Made by a program: the position numbers and the translations under genes | Origin: Flavobacteriales bacterium UBA3431 | GTDB lineage: Bacteria; Bacteroidota; Bacteroidia; Flavobacteriales; Schleiferiaceae | Reading direction: 5' to 3' | DNA length: 57,808 nt | NCBI GenBank assembly: GCA_002381225.1 | Contig: DFSS01000043.1 | Span: forward strand, 60,013 to 117,820 | Part shown: one piece after another, positions 18,627 through 28,199 of the stretch | Layout of the letters: the number at the start of each line of letters is the position of its first letter | Numbering within the stretch: position 1 is the first letter of the stretch | Notes under the pieces: generated by a model | The model's input: the letters and a program-made list of their open reading frames with translations, nothing else | Told to the model about the DNA's origin: nothing | Databases searched by the model: none

Positions 18627-19352
18627 TTACTTTTCCAATCCGCCTACCCAGTGGGTTTCACCGTGGACATACCACCGTACGACGGTTTGGCCGTCCACCC
18701 GGGTCCACTGCAAGCCAATCCGGCCTTGGGCATCCACGCCGAGGCACTTGGCCTCGCGGGGCTCCTCTTCGCCCGGAACCCGCCACAACCCGATTCCTCG
18801 ATGGACGAGTCGCTGTGAAAAAGACTGGATCGCGGATTCATCGGGGTGCATGAGGGCGTCCACCCAGGGCGGGAGAAGTCGATCGCGCCATACTTGAGGC
18901 GCTTCGAACGAGCCCAAGGCGGCAAAGCCGGGTGGGGCCGCTTCTATATTCAAGCCCAAACTCCCCGCATACCGGGTACAGTGTGAACCCGTCCATTGTG
19001 CCTCGGTCAGAATCCCTCCCACCTTGCGTCCCTCGAGGTACAAGTCATTCGGCCACTTCAATCCTATGGAACCAACCCCTGTTGCTTCGATGGCCTCACA
19101 AAGCGCGACCGTCATGGCCATGTGCCGATGCATCAGCGATTCCCCTGGCCACATCACCTGGGGGCTCACCAACGTGCACAAGAGGGCTTTTCCGGGCACA
19201 TCCTGCCATGTTTTGGTCCTCTGGCCGCGCCCTAGGTGCTGGGTATCTGCCGAAATGGCAGTCCATTCCGCCACATTCCACCCATCCCAATCCGCCGTAG
19301 CATGGGAATGCGTGGAGTCTATCTCCTTGAAATGCAGGGTATTGATGTACAT
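18627..19352 (-). CDS. birA: Biotin--[acetyl-CoA-carboxylase] ligase (group I, no HTH domain)
   Basis: 241 aa. LGRGQRTKTW resembles the GRGRxGRxW biotin-binding loop; the BPL catalytic core is followed by a short C-terminal domain. Confidence 0.85.
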   Translation of the reverse strand: MYINTLHFKEIDSTHSHATADWDGWNVAEWTAISADTQHLGRGQRTKTWQDVPGKALLCTLVSPQVMWPGESLMHRHMAMTVALCEAIEATGVGSIGLKWPNDLYLEGRKVGGILTEAQWTGSHCTRYAGSLGLNIEAAPPGFAALGSFEAPQVWRDRLLPPWVDALMHPDESAIQSFSQRLVHRGIGLWRVPGEEEPREAKCLGVDAQGRIGLQWTRVDGQTVVRWYVHGETHWVGGLEK

Positions 19353-19477
19353 TTGGGGGCTATTTTACACAAAAACACCTCTTCGTAGGCCAAACCGCGG
19401 TGAAAGAGAACTTGGATGGCATCTTTGTTGTTCACTACTCAGACCATTAACTATGCCCTGTTGGGCTGATCCCCTGA

Positions 19478-19834
19478 ATGAAAAACGCATTTCCCCCCAT
19501 TGTTCTCGAAACCTTAGAAGGCATCGGTGATGTCAAAGGCGAAAATACAGTAGTCCTCGATTTGAAGCACCTCGAAAATGCCGTCTGTGATTACTTCATC
19601 ATTACCGAAGCTCAATCCAGCACGCAGGTTTCCGCCATAGCGGGATCAGTGGAAAAGCGCCTTCGGGAGCAGTGTGAAGAGCGTCCATGGCACATTGAAG
19701 GCGCCCAAGAATCCGAATGGATCCTCATGGACTATGTGCATGTTGTGGTCCATGTCTTCCAGCGCGAGGCCCGTGAATTTTATGATATTGAAGGACTATG
19801 GGGCGATGCCCACATAACCGCTATCCCTAGCTGA
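19478..19834 (+). CDS. rsfS: Ribosome silencing factor RsfS
   Basis: 118 aa, iojap/RsfS pattern (CDYFIITEAQSSTQV..WILMDYVHVVVHVF..EFYDIEGLW), located directly upstream of ftsH. Confidence 0.9.
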   Translation: MKNAFPPIVLETLEGIGDVKGENTVVLDLKHLENAVCDYFIITEAQSSTQVSAIAGSVEKRLREQCEERPWHIEGAQESEWILMDYVHVVVHVFQREAREFYDIEGLWGDAHITAIPS

Positions 19835-19843
19835 TCCCCCCTT

Positions 19844-21982
19844 ATGAGCGAAAAATCTCCCCAGAAGAAGAACCCCATGCCGAAGTTTAGCCTCAGCTGG
19901 ATTTATCTCGCGGTATTCGTTGGACTGCTTGGACTTCAATTTGTTTCGGCCAATTACAGCGCGGCCGCTCAAGAGTCCAATTTTAACGAGTTGACCACCA
20001 AAGTCCTTCAGGGCCATATTGATAAAGTCAAAGTGGTCAATAAAAAGGACGTCTATTTGTACATCCAACCCGACACCTTGGCCAGCAATGCCGCCTACAA
20101 GGATTTGGCCACTTCGGGCTTCAACGATGCCCCCAATGCGGGTCCGCACTTTCATTTTGAAATGCCTGCGGACATCTTCAACGAGAACCTAAACCAATTT
20201 TACAGCGGGCACAGCGATTGGACGACGGTCCATGGAAAGCTCAACGTTGAATACAAGGATGAGCCCAATTACTGGACCGAAGTGTTGTCCTGGATTCTCC
20301 CCTTCGCCCTAATCGCCGTCTTCTGGTTCTTTATGATGCGCCGCATGGGCGGTGGTGGCGCCGGAGGACCTGGTGGCCAGCTGTTCAACATCGGAAAATC
20401 CCGCGCGCAAGTATTTGATGCCGACTCGGAAGTGCGTGTGACGTTTAAAAACGTGGCGGGCATGGAAGGCGCCAAAGATGAAGTACTTGAAGTCGTTGAC
20501 TTCCTGAAAAACCCCAAGAAATACACCAATCTCGGTGGAAAAATTCCCAAAGGGGTGCTCTTGAGTGGCCCTCCTGGAACAGGAAAAACGCTCCTGGCAA
20601 AGGCCGTCGCCGGCGAAGCGAAGGTGCCCTTTTTCTCGCTGAGCGGATCCGATTTTGTCGAGATGTTCGTTGGTGTGGGGGCAAGTCGAGTCCGTGACCT
20701 CTTCAAGCAAGCCAAGGAGAAATCACCATCCATCATCTTTATTGATGAAATTGATGCCATTGGACGTGCTCGAGGGAAAAACGCCTTTAGTGGTGGCAAT
20801 GACGAAAGGGAAAATACCCTCAATCAATTGCTCACCGAAATGGATGGATTTGGCACCAACGAGCATGTGATTGTGATGGCGGCCACCAACCGAGCAGATA
20901 TTTTGGACCGCGCTTTGATGCGCGCAGGCCGATTTGATCGGGTCATTTATGTCGACCTTCCAGAATTTACGGAGCGCAAAGAAATCTTCGAAGTACACCT
21001 GAAGCCCCTCAAATTGGGCAGCGATGTGGACGTGGAATTTCTTGCCCGCCAAACTCCTGGTTTCTCCGGAGCGGATATCGCCAATGTCTGCAACGAAGCC
21101 GCCCTGGTAGCCGCTCGAAAGGACAAGCAAGCCGTGGAAAAACAGGATTTCTTGGACGCCGTTGACCGCATCGTCGGAGGACTTGAAAAGAAAAATAAAA
21201 TCATCACCCCTGAGGAGAAAAAAGTCATCGCCTACCACGAAGCAGGCCATGCCACCGTGAGTTGGCTCCTCGAGCACGCCTCCCCGCTAGTCAAGGTGAC
21301 CATTGTTCCACGAGGACGATCTCTGGGGGCTGCATGGTACCTCCCTGAAGAGCGCCAATTGAACTCCGCGGAGCAAATGCTCGACGAGATGTGTGCGACG
21401 ATGGGAGGCCGCGCAGCGGAAGAGGTCATGTTTGGACGCATCACCACCGGCGCTTTGAGCGACTTAGAGAAAGTCACGAAGCAAGCACGAGCCATGGTCA
21501 CCATCTACGGCCTCAACGAGAAGCTTGGAAACGTGACCTACTACGATTCAAGCGGTCAAAACGAGTACCAATTTGACAAGCCCTACAGCGAAAAAACGGC
21601 CCAATTAATCGACGAAGAAATTTCGGCTTTGATTGAAGGGCAGTATACCCGGGCAAAACAAATATTACGCGATAACCAGGACAAGCTCACCGCTCTCGCG
21701 GAGGAGTTGCTCAAGCACGAAGTCATCTTCAAGGAAAACCTGGAGACGATCTTTGGTAAACGCCCGTGGTTAACCTCCGAAGAGAAAGTACAGGCCGCGC
21801 TGGATCAAGCCAAACCCGAAACCGATTCCACCGAAGACATGGATAACGCCTTGACAGAATCGGTGGTGGAGGCCCCACTGGCGGAGGAAGCCTTGGAGGG
21901 AGACTCGGCGTCGGACATGGCAGATTCGGCGGTGGAAAATTCTGACGAAGAGAATCTGGAAAGCCCGCAAGGAAACGCCTAA
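19844..21982 (+). CDS. ftsH: ATP-dependent zinc metalloprotease FtsH
   Basis: Two N-terminal TM segments, Walker A GPPGTGKT, Walker [10 protein letters not shown], zinc motif HEAGHA, and an acidic ~70-aa C-terminal tail. Confidence 0.97.
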   Translation: MSEKSPQKKNPMPKFSLSWIYLAVFVGLLGLQFVSANYSAAAQESNFNELTTKVLQGHIDKVKVVNKKDVYLYIQPDTLASNAAYKDLATSGFNDAPNAGPHFHFEMPADIFNENLNQFYSGHSDWTTVHGKLNVEYKDEPNYWTEVLSWILPFALIAVFWFFMMRRMGGGGAGGPGGQLFNIGKSRAQVFDADSEVRVTFKNVAGMEGAKDEVLEVVDFLKNPKKYTNLGGKIPKGVLLSGPPGTGKTLLAKAVAGEAKVPFFSLSGSDFVEMFVGVGASRVRDLFKQAKEKSPSIIFIDEIDAIGRARGKNAFSGGNDERENTLNQLLTEMDGFGTNEHVIVMAATNRADILDRALMRAGRFDRVIYVDLPEFTERKEIFEVHLKPLKLGSDVDVEFLARQTPGFSGADIANVCNEAALVAARKDKQAVEKQDFLDAVDRIVGGLEKKNKIITPEEKKVIAYHEAGHATVSWLLEHASPLVKVTIVPRGRSLGAAWYLPEERQLNSAEQMLDEMCATMGGRAAEEVMFGRITTGALSDLEKVTKQARAMVTIYGLNEKLGNVTYYDSSGQNEYQFDKPYSEKTAQLIDEEISALIEGQYTRAKQILRDNQDKLTALAEELLKHEVIFKENLETIFGKRPWLTSEEKVQAALDQAKPETDSTEDMDNALTESVVEAPLAEEALEGDSASDMADSAVENSDEENLESPQGNA

Positions 21983-22014
21983 GATTCACTAATTTTCGGG
22001 GGAATTTCAGCACT

Positions 22015-22647
22015 ATGGCCGGACTATTCGGAAAAATTCTCTCTATTCTTAGTGGCGCCCCCGAACACGCAGTGTCGGAGGGGTCTGAGAGCACCGGAAA
22101 ATATCTGGCCCAGGCGGACGATCCCGTTGATTTACTCTTTGTGAAGAAATTCACGGACGGCGGAGGCCTCTTTATCTACTGTGGGAGCCCCGAAGAGATC
22201 GTTGAAAACCTGCGCGCGGCCGCCAAAGAATGTGGCCAATCCCAGTTCTTCGTCCCTGAGCGTCAACTCGGTCCCTGGTTTGAACAAGCAGGCTTGGCGG
22301 TGATTCAAGACAATCCCCTGGAAGCGACGGCCATGGCCTCGACCTGCCATGCAGCCATTGCCCAAACGGGTGGCATCATGATTTCGGATCTGCAAACCGC
22401 AGGCTTAAAGTTTGCCCAACTGCCCAGCATTCACATCGTATTTGCCCGCGTCTCTCAGGTTGTCAATAGCTTATCAGACGGCATGGCGGCCATCAACAAA
22501 TCCCACCGAGAGCAGCGCCCTCGCGCCATCATAACCCTCAAGGGCAAAATGGATGAAAGTGTGATGCAAGCCAAAGTGGACCCCAACAAGGGGCGCCACG
22601 TGTACTTCTTCCTTTTGGAAGATCCCTTATTTCCCGAAAACGCATGA
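22015..22647 (+). CDS. LUD-domain (LutC/YkgG-like, DUF162) protein of unknown function
   Basis: 210-aa soluble ORF. It resembles the LUD-domain proteins I recall following ftsH in Bacteroidota. Its stop overlaps the cdsA start (ATGA at 22644..22647). The family call is from memory only. Confidence 0.55.
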   Translation: MAGLFGKILSILSGAPEHAVSEGSESTGKYLAQADDPVDLLFVKKFTDGGGLFIYCGSPEEIVENLRAAAKECGQSQFFVPERQLGPWFEQAGLAVIQDNPLEATAMASTCHAAIAQTGGIMISDLQTAGLKFAQLPSIHIVFARVSQVVNSLSDGMAAINKSHREQRPRAIITLKGKMDESVMQAKVDPNKGRHVYFFLLEDPLFPENA

Positions 22648-23300
22648 TGCAGCGTAGCCTCTGGGGTGCCGTGTATGCCCTAGCCATATTTTGGATTTGC
22701 AACGGCCGGCCATGGTCACCTTATCTCCTTGGGCTCCCTCTTTTGGGCGTCGCATGGGAATTTTTGCAAATGCGTACCCTCACTATGGCTCAACGAGGCA
22801 TTGGCCTCGCCTATACCCTCTTGGCAGGGTGGGGAACCTACCATCTGATCGCCACGTGGGAGGAGTTGTCGGGCTTCATCCTCTTTTCCATTTTTATTTT
22901 GATTTGGCTCAGTGATTCCATGGCCTACGTGGGCGGACGCCTATTGGGACGAACCCCCTTAGCCCCCACCTTGTCCCCCAAAAAAACCTGGGAAGGGGCC
23001 ATTTCGGGCGGCCTTTTCACCCTCCTCTTGGGCAGTGCCTACTTGGTCAAAATGGATGGTCCCATCTCACGCTTTTCCGAATGGTCCACATGGCCACGCT
23101 ATGCCTGGCTTCTGCCTCTCGTGATTGCCATCGCGGCACCAATAGGGGATTTGGTGGGCTCCAAATTCAAACGGATGGCCGACATCAAAGACTCGGGCAT
23201 CTTCCTGCCCGGACACGGCGGATTCCTGGACCGTTTTGACAGTTTCCTTTTAAGTGTCATTCTCGTGGCACTTCTCCAATCCTATATTTTAGTCGCATGA
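22644..23300 (+). CDS. cdsA: Phosphatidate cytidylyltransferase (CDP-diglyceride synthase), short form
   Basis: Signatures SDSMAYVGGRLLGRTPLAPTLSPKKTWEG and GDLVGSKFKRMADIKDSGIFLPGHGGFLDRFDS; multiple TM segments; 218 aa. Confidence 0.85.
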   Translation: MMQRSLWGAVYALAIFWICNGRPWSPYLLGLPLLGVAWEFLQMRTLTMAQRGIGLAYTLLAGWGTYHLIATWEELSGFILFSIFILIWLSDSMAYVGGRLLGRTPLAPTLSPKKTWEGAISGGLFTLLLGSAYLVKMDGPISRFSEWSTWPRYAWLLPLVIAIAAPIGDLVGSKFKRMADIKDSGIFLPGHGGFLDRFDSFLLSVILVALLQSYILVA

Positions 23301-23962
23301 TACACCGCGAAGGACATAAAACCCTTTTTATTGCCCTCCTCGTTTTGGGCCTTCCCTATGTTGCCTTGGATCATTGGGTCCAAATCACATGGTTGACACA
23401 AACCTATTTGGTGCTCGCCTTGGTCCTCTATGTCTTGGTGCTGCAATTTTTTCGAAACCCACCCCGGACCACTGTAGCCCAATCAGGGGATGTCATTGCA
23501 CCCGCCGACGGCAAAGTTGTCCTCATCGAGGAAATCGAGGAGACGGAGTGCTTTCACGACCAGCGAAAGATGATTTCCATCTTTATGTCGCCGCTGAATG
23601 TGCATGTAAACCGGGTGCCCGTCGCGGGGAAAGTGACCTACGCGAAGTACCACCCTGGCAAGTACCTCGTAGCATGGCATCCTAAGAGCTCCACGCTTAA
23701 TGAGCGCACGACGGTCGTCGTGGACGATCCCGCCACAGGCCCAGTACTCTTTCGCCAAATAGCCGGGGCCGTCGCCCGCCGCATCGCGCTATACTGCCGA
23801 CCCGGGCAAGCCTATCAAGCGGGAGATGAATTCGGTTTTATTCGATTTGGGAGCCGTATGGACATATACCTCCCCTTGGATGCGGAAATCTGTGTGAAGA
23901 TTGGTGATCGTCCCCGCGGAGGCGAAACAGTCATCGCACGTATTCCTGCCAGAAAAGCCTAA
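23297..23962 (+). CDS. psd: Phosphatidylserine decarboxylase proenzyme (short type)
   Basis: N-terminal TM segments. FIRFGSRMD contains the Gly-Ser self-cleavage site. The start overlaps the cdsA stop (ATGA at 23297..23300). Confidence 0.85.
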   Translation: MIHREGHKTLFIALLVLGLPYVALDHWVQITWLTQTYLVLALVLYVLVLQFFRNPPRTTVAQSGDVIAPADGKVVLIEEIEETECFHDQRKMISIFMSPLNVHVNRVPVAGKVTYAKYHPGKYLVAWHPKSSTLNERTTVVVDDPATGPVLFRQIAGAVARRIALYCRPGQAYQAGDEFGFIRFGSRMDIYLPLDAEICVKIGDRPRGGETVIARIPARKA

Positions 23963-23984
23963 GCCTCCTCGCTTCGTATCCGTG

Positions 23985-24662
23985 CTAGGGCCGAGCCTCT
24001 TGTGCCCATTCGAAGGCGACTTGGAACACTTCGTCCGGGCTGATGTCCGAGTTGTCGAGGATTCGCGCATCGTCGGCTTGCAATAGCGGCGAATCAAGGC
24101 GGCCCTGATCCTGCGCATCGCGTTGCAACAAATTGCTCTTGACCTCCGCGAGCGTGACCGTCTTATCTCCCTTCGCCCGAAGCTCCTCCAATCGGCGCGC
24201 GGCGCGAATATCGGAGTCCGCCGTCATGAAAATCTTGAGCTCTGCATGGGGAAAGACCACGGTGCCTATATCGCGGCCGTCCATCACCAAGCTTTGGCCC
24301 TGCCCCATGCGCTGCTGCTGAGCGACCAACTGCCGACGCACGGCCGGTATGGACGAGACGCGGGACACGATGCGGTTGACCTCCATGGTTCGGATGTCAG
24401 CCTCCACCACCTCCCCATTGAGCACGGCAAGATTCTCTCCTTGCAGACCGCGTTGGAAATCCAATGAAATATTCGGTAAATGGTTGACCAAGGCCGCTTC
24501 ATCGAGGTAGCCATCTTGAACCCATCCTTGGCGAATAGCCACCAGCGCCACCATGCGGTACATGGCGCCCGTATCCACATAAATAAATTCAAGGGCTTGA
24601 GCTAAGCGCTTGGCCACCGTGCTTTTCCCGGTGGAAGAGAATCCGTCAATCGCGATAATCAT
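23985..24662 (-). CDS. cmk: Cytidylate kinase
   Basis: P-loop IAIDGFSSTGKST, YVDTGAMYR motif, 225 aa. Confidence 0.93.
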   Translation of the reverse strand: MIIAIDGFSSTGKSTVAKRLAQALEFIYVDTGAMYRMVALVAIRQGWVQDGYLDEAALVNHLPNISLDFQRGLQGENLAVLNGEVVEADIRTMEVNRIVSRVSSIPAVRRQLVAQQQRMGQGQSLVMDGRDIGTVVFPHAELKIFMTADSDIRAARRLEELRAKGDKTVTLAEVKSNLLQRDAQDQGRLDSPLLQADDARILDNSDISPDEVFQVAFEWAQEARP

Positions 24663-24666
24663 GGGC

Positions 24667-25746
24667 TTAGAGGCGTCGTATGAGCGTAAATTGGTTCAAT
24701 CGGCCTGCCACATGGTAGACGGCTGACCCGTATTGGTAGGACATTTTAGCGGTCTGCAAACTTAGGCCAAAACTGAGTCCCGGATTGCTCCGCCGTGTAG
24801 GGATGCGCATTTCCATTTGCCGACGCACATCATAGCCCACTTGGATAAAAATTCGTCCGCCTAATTGCGCCTCTACACTCGGATGTACATGGCGCAGGGC
24901 ATTGTTCCAAAAAGAGATGTCCTGAACGGTCACTTCCCCCGTCAAAGGATCCTTGGACACCAATTGGGGGTCGACATAGCGCATGTCCCAACGTTGCAGA
25001 TGGGTATAGGTTAAATTCCAGCGAAACGGGGCATACTTTAATTTTTGGGAAATCGTCAATTGAACGTCCAAGGGCAAAGCCTCGCGCTCAGCGGCAAAGT
25101 ACTCAAGGCTGCGCCCCGCATTTTTGACCACGATGCCCATGGAGGTGCGGCCCGAATCGATAGTCCAAAGCAATCCCCCATCCAGGGCCAGAGCCTGAGC
25201 CGTGTAGGGACCATAGGTTAGCATGGCAAGCTTGGTGCCTAGCCCGGCCGTAAAGCCCTTCCAATGGGCCGCAGCGGCCAAACGTGGCGTCACTTCTTGA
25301 GCGCGAAAAGTGCCTAAGAGTTCCCCTGCGGCGTCGCGTTCCTCCAATAAACCGGTCTGAAGGTAGTCTACCCCCACGGCCGCGGACCAGGAGGGAGCCG
25401 ACCAGCCATGCAGGCCGCGTTGTGCATCCCATTGAGCGAGGGGCGCTTCGGGGCGTTTGACCCGTGCAGGCAGTGGAAGTCCATAGCTCAAGCCTCCGAC
25501 GCGCAACCCGCCTAACGAGGCTTGCGACGTGATAGCGATTTGGTTCCGGTGTTCGGGCCGCAGCAAGGCTGGATTGAAGGCAGAAAAGCTGACATCACCA
25601 GGATGCGCCAAGGCATCCCAGCCCAGCCCCACCAAACGGGCAGAACCACCTTGACTCAGCGAGGAAAAGGACGCATAACTCGCCGGCTGCGCCATGGCAG
25701 CAACGGTAGCACAAAGCGCCCAAAGCGCAAAGAAGCGTCGAATCAC
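24667..25746 (-). CDS. porQ: Outer-membrane beta-barrel protein, probable T9SS component PorQ
   Basis: Starts at GTG 25746 with signal peptide (V)IRRFFALWALCATVAAMAQP. Beta-strand-like alternating pattern throughout. The N-terminal SLSQGGSARLVGLG..FNPALL resembles the conserved PorQ N-terminus, and the position next to cmk matches what I recall for porQ. Not verified by a search. Confidence 0.6.
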   Translation of the reverse strand: MIRRFFALWALCATVAAMAQPASYASFSSLSQGGSARLVGLGWDALAHPGDVSFSAFNPALLRPEHRNQIAITSQASLGGLRVGGLSYGLPLPARVKRPEAPLAQWDAQRGLHGWSAPSWSAAVGVDYLQTGLLEERDAAGELLGTFRAQEVTPRLAAAAHWKGFTAGLGTKLAMLTYGPYTAQALALDGGLLWTIDSGRTSMGIVVKNAGRSLEYFAAEREALPLDVQLTISQKLKYAPFRWNLTYTHLQRWDMRYVDPQLVSKDPLTGEVTVQDISFWNNALRHVHPSVEAQLGGRIFIQVGYDVRRQMEMRIPTRRSNPGLSFGLSLQTAKMSYQYGSAVYHVAGRLNQFTLIRRL

Positions 25747-25755
25747 ACCTTGAAA

Positions 25756-28191
25756 TTAGGCCTTCACACGCAAATCCTTGGCATCCTTGACCTTTTGCGG
25801 GGTTACGGCCAGTGAAATCACCTCGGCCATTTCCGTGACATAGTCGATTTTGAGGCCCTTCAAGTAGCGCGCGGGAATTTCATCGATGTCCTTTCGGTTG
25901 TCCGCACAGAGCAGAATGTTCGTGATACCCGAACGTTTCGCCGCCAAAATCTTTTCGCGAATCCCACCCACGGGCAGCACTTTGCCACGCAACGTTATCT
26001 CTCCGCTCAAGGCCAAGGCTTTTTTGACTTTGCGCTGCGTGAAAAGCGAAGTCAATGCTGTCAGCAAAGCGATTCCGGCAGAAGGTCCGTCCTTGGGAAT
26101 GGCGCCTTCGGGCACGTGGATGTGCACATCCCACTTGGTGAAGAGTTCGGGAGATAGTCCGTAGTTCGCGGCATTCGCTTTGAGGTAGGCCATGGCAATG
26201 GTGGCGGACTCCTTCATGACGTCCCCCAAATTCCCTGTGATGTTCAGCTTGCCTGCCCCGGGAGCGATGGTCGTTTCAATGAATAGGATATCGCCACCCA
26301 CCGGGGTCCAAGCCAGTCCCGTGACTACGCCGGCCACCTCGTTGCCTTGGTAGCGGTCGCGGTCAAAGCGGGGGGTACCCAACCAAGACTCCAACGTCTC
26401 CTGGGAGAGATCGACCGAAAAATCTTCGCCTTCCGCAGAAGCCAACGCCGCTTTTCGCGCCAACTTGGCCATAAGGCGGTCAAGGGTTCGCACGCCCGAC
26501 TCCCGGGTATGGCGATCGATGACGTAGGTCAGCTGAGGCTTTGAGAGGCTGAGGGCATCTTTGCCCAAACCGTGCTCCTCCAACTGCTTGGGAAGCAAGT
26601 ACTTCTTGGCAATTTGCTCCTTTTCCTCCACGGTGTAGCCATTGACTTCAATGAGCTCCATGCGGTCGCGCAAGGCGGGTTGTACGGCGGCGATGTTGTT
26701 GGCCGTGGCAATAAAGAGGACCTTGGAAAGGTCATAGCCCATCTCCAAGAAATTGTCGTAGAAGGTCTTGTTCTGTTCGGGATCCAACACTTCTAGCAAG
26801 GCGCTGGAGGGATCGCCCTGAAGACCCATGCCGAGTTTATCGATTTCGTCAAGGACGAAAACCGGGTTGGACGTGCCTGCCTTTTTCAAAAGCTGCAAGA
26901 TGCGGCCTGGCATGGCGCCAATGTATGTTTTGCGGTGGCCCCGAATTTCGGATTCGTCGCGGAGGCCGCCGAGGGACATGCGGACATATTCGCGTCCCAA
27001 CGCCTCGGCTACCGACTTGCCCAGCGAAGTTTTACCCACCCCGGGAGGCCCGTAGAGACAGAGAATGGGGCTCTTCATGTCGCCCTTGAGCTGCAAAACG
27101 GCCAAGTGCTCGAGCAAACGCTCCTTCACCTTTTCCAGACCAAAGTGATCCCGGTCCAAAATGCGACGCGCTTTGGGAAGTTTGATGGGCTCCGTGGAGA
27201 CCTTGTCCCAGGGCAAATCCAGCATGAGTTCCAGGTAATTTCGCTGGATGCCGTAGTCGGGTACTTGCGGATTCATCCGTTGAAGGCGTTGAAGCTCCTT
27301 CTTGAATTGCTCAGCGGCTTCGGTGGGCCAGGCCTTCTTCCCGGCGCGCTCGCGCATGGCTTCCAGCTCCGCCTCGTTGCTTACGCCGCCCAGTTCTTCT
27401 TGAATGGTCTTCATCTGCTGCTGCAGGAAGTACTCGCGTTGCTGCTGGTCAAATTCGGTTCGAACGCGGTTCGCTATGTCGTTTTTCACCTCGAGCAAAT
27501 GCTTCTCGTAGCTCAAATGCTTGAGCACCGCATTCGTGCGTTTCTTGAGGTCTTCTTCCTCCAAAATGGCTTGCTTCTTCTCCACATCCAGGCTCATGTT
27601 GCTGGCAATGAAGTGAATCAGGAAGGTGTCCGATTCAATGTTCTTCACGGCGATCTGTGCCTCCGTGGGGATGTTGGGCGAATCTTGGATGATGTCCAAG
27701 GCCATTTCCCGAATGTTCTGAATCAAGGCTCTGAATTCAGTGTCTTCGGGCAATTTTTCGTCCGAAAGGTATTCCACCTTGGCCCGCAAGTACGGTTCGG
27801 TGGCTGTTACTTCTAGGATGCGGAAGCGGCGCTTGCCCTGTAAAATGGCGGTAATGTTTCCATCAGGCATGCGGAAGGACTTCACCATTTGCACCAAAGT
27901 GCCTACCCCGTGCAGGTCCTCCGCTCCAGGTTCTTCTGTGTCTGGATTTTTCTGAGCAACTACCCCAAATAATTTTTTTCCTTTCTGGGCATCTTGCACC
28001 AGCTTGATGCTCTTGTCGCGGCCTGCCGTGATGGGCGAAACCACGCCCGGGAACTGCACCGTATTGCGCAATGGCAATAGGGCAATATCTTCCAGCAAAT
28101 CGCTTTCGGGGATGCTATTGTCTTCCTCGTTGGTAATGAGGGGAATGAAGTCGGTGTCCTCTGAGAGGAGTGAGAATGAAGGCCTTTCCAT
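25756..28191 (-). CDS. lon: Endopeptidase La (LonA protease)
   Basis: N-terminal LON domain, Walker A GPPGVGKTS, Walker B VFVLDEIDK, and protease Ser in PKDGPSAG with downstream Lys (ILAAKRSG); 811 aa. Confidence 0.97.
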   Translation of the reverse strand: MERPSFSLLSEDTDFIPLITNEEDNSIPESDLLEDIALLPLRNTVQFPGVVSPITAGRDKSIKLVQDAQKGKKLFGVVAQKNPDTEEPGAEDLHGVGTLVQMVKSFRMPDGNITAILQGKRRFRILEVTATEPYLRAKVEYLSDEKLPEDTEFRALIQNIREMALDIIQDSPNIPTEAQIAVKNIESDTFLIHFIASNMSLDVEKKQAILEEEDLKKRTNAVLKHLSYEKHLLEVKNDIANRVRTEFDQQQREYFLQQQMKTIQEELGGVSNEAELEAMRERAGKKAWPTEAAEQFKKELQRLQRMNPQVPDYGIQRNYLELMLDLPWDKVSTEPIKLPKARRILDRDHFGLEKVKERLLEHLAVLQLKGDMKSPILCLYGPPGVGKTSLGKSVAEALGREYVRMSLGGLRDESEIRGHRKTYIGAMPGRILQLLKKAGTSNPVFVLDEIDKLGMGLQGDPSSALLEVLDPEQNKTFYDNFLEMGYDLSKVLFIATANNIAAVQPALRDRMELIEVNGYTVEEKEQIAKKYLLPKQLEEHGLGKDALSLSKPQLTYVIDRHTRESGVRTLDRLMAKLARKAALASAEGEDFSVDLSQETLESWLGTPRFDRDRYQGNEVAGVVTGLAWTPVGGDILFIETTIAPGAGKLNITGNLGDVMKESATIAMAYLKANAANYGLSPELFTKWDVHIHVPEGAIPKDGPSAGIALLTALTSLFTQRKVKKALALSGEITLRGKVLPVGGIREKILAAKRSGITNILLCADNRKDIDEIPARYLKGLKIDYVTEMAEVISLAVTPQKVKDAKDLRVKA

Positions 28192-28199
28192 GGTGGGTT

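Noticed and set aside
19353-19477. The largest intergenic region (125 nt, birA/rsfS divergent), considered as a possible sRNA or riboswitch.
   Set aside because: I could find no stable extended secondary structure and no known riboswitch core. It contains only imperfect promoter-like boxes (TGTTTTTG on the minus strand 17 nt before birA, and CATCTTTG on the plus strand). It is most simply a divergent promoter region.
26935-27816. 293-aa ORF antisense to lon. Similar long antisense ORFs occur at 1589..2362 (recG), 11367..12350 (acyl-CoA ligase), 37369..38058 (exonuclease), 40534..41262 (phoH) and 52203..53087 (tgt/lptF).
   Set aside because: Each lies entirely opposite a gene with unmistakable conserved motifs. 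Their translations are low-complexity and rich in Arg, Gly, Leu, His and Val, with no recognisable motif. Stop-poor antisense frames are expected in GC-rich coding DNA.
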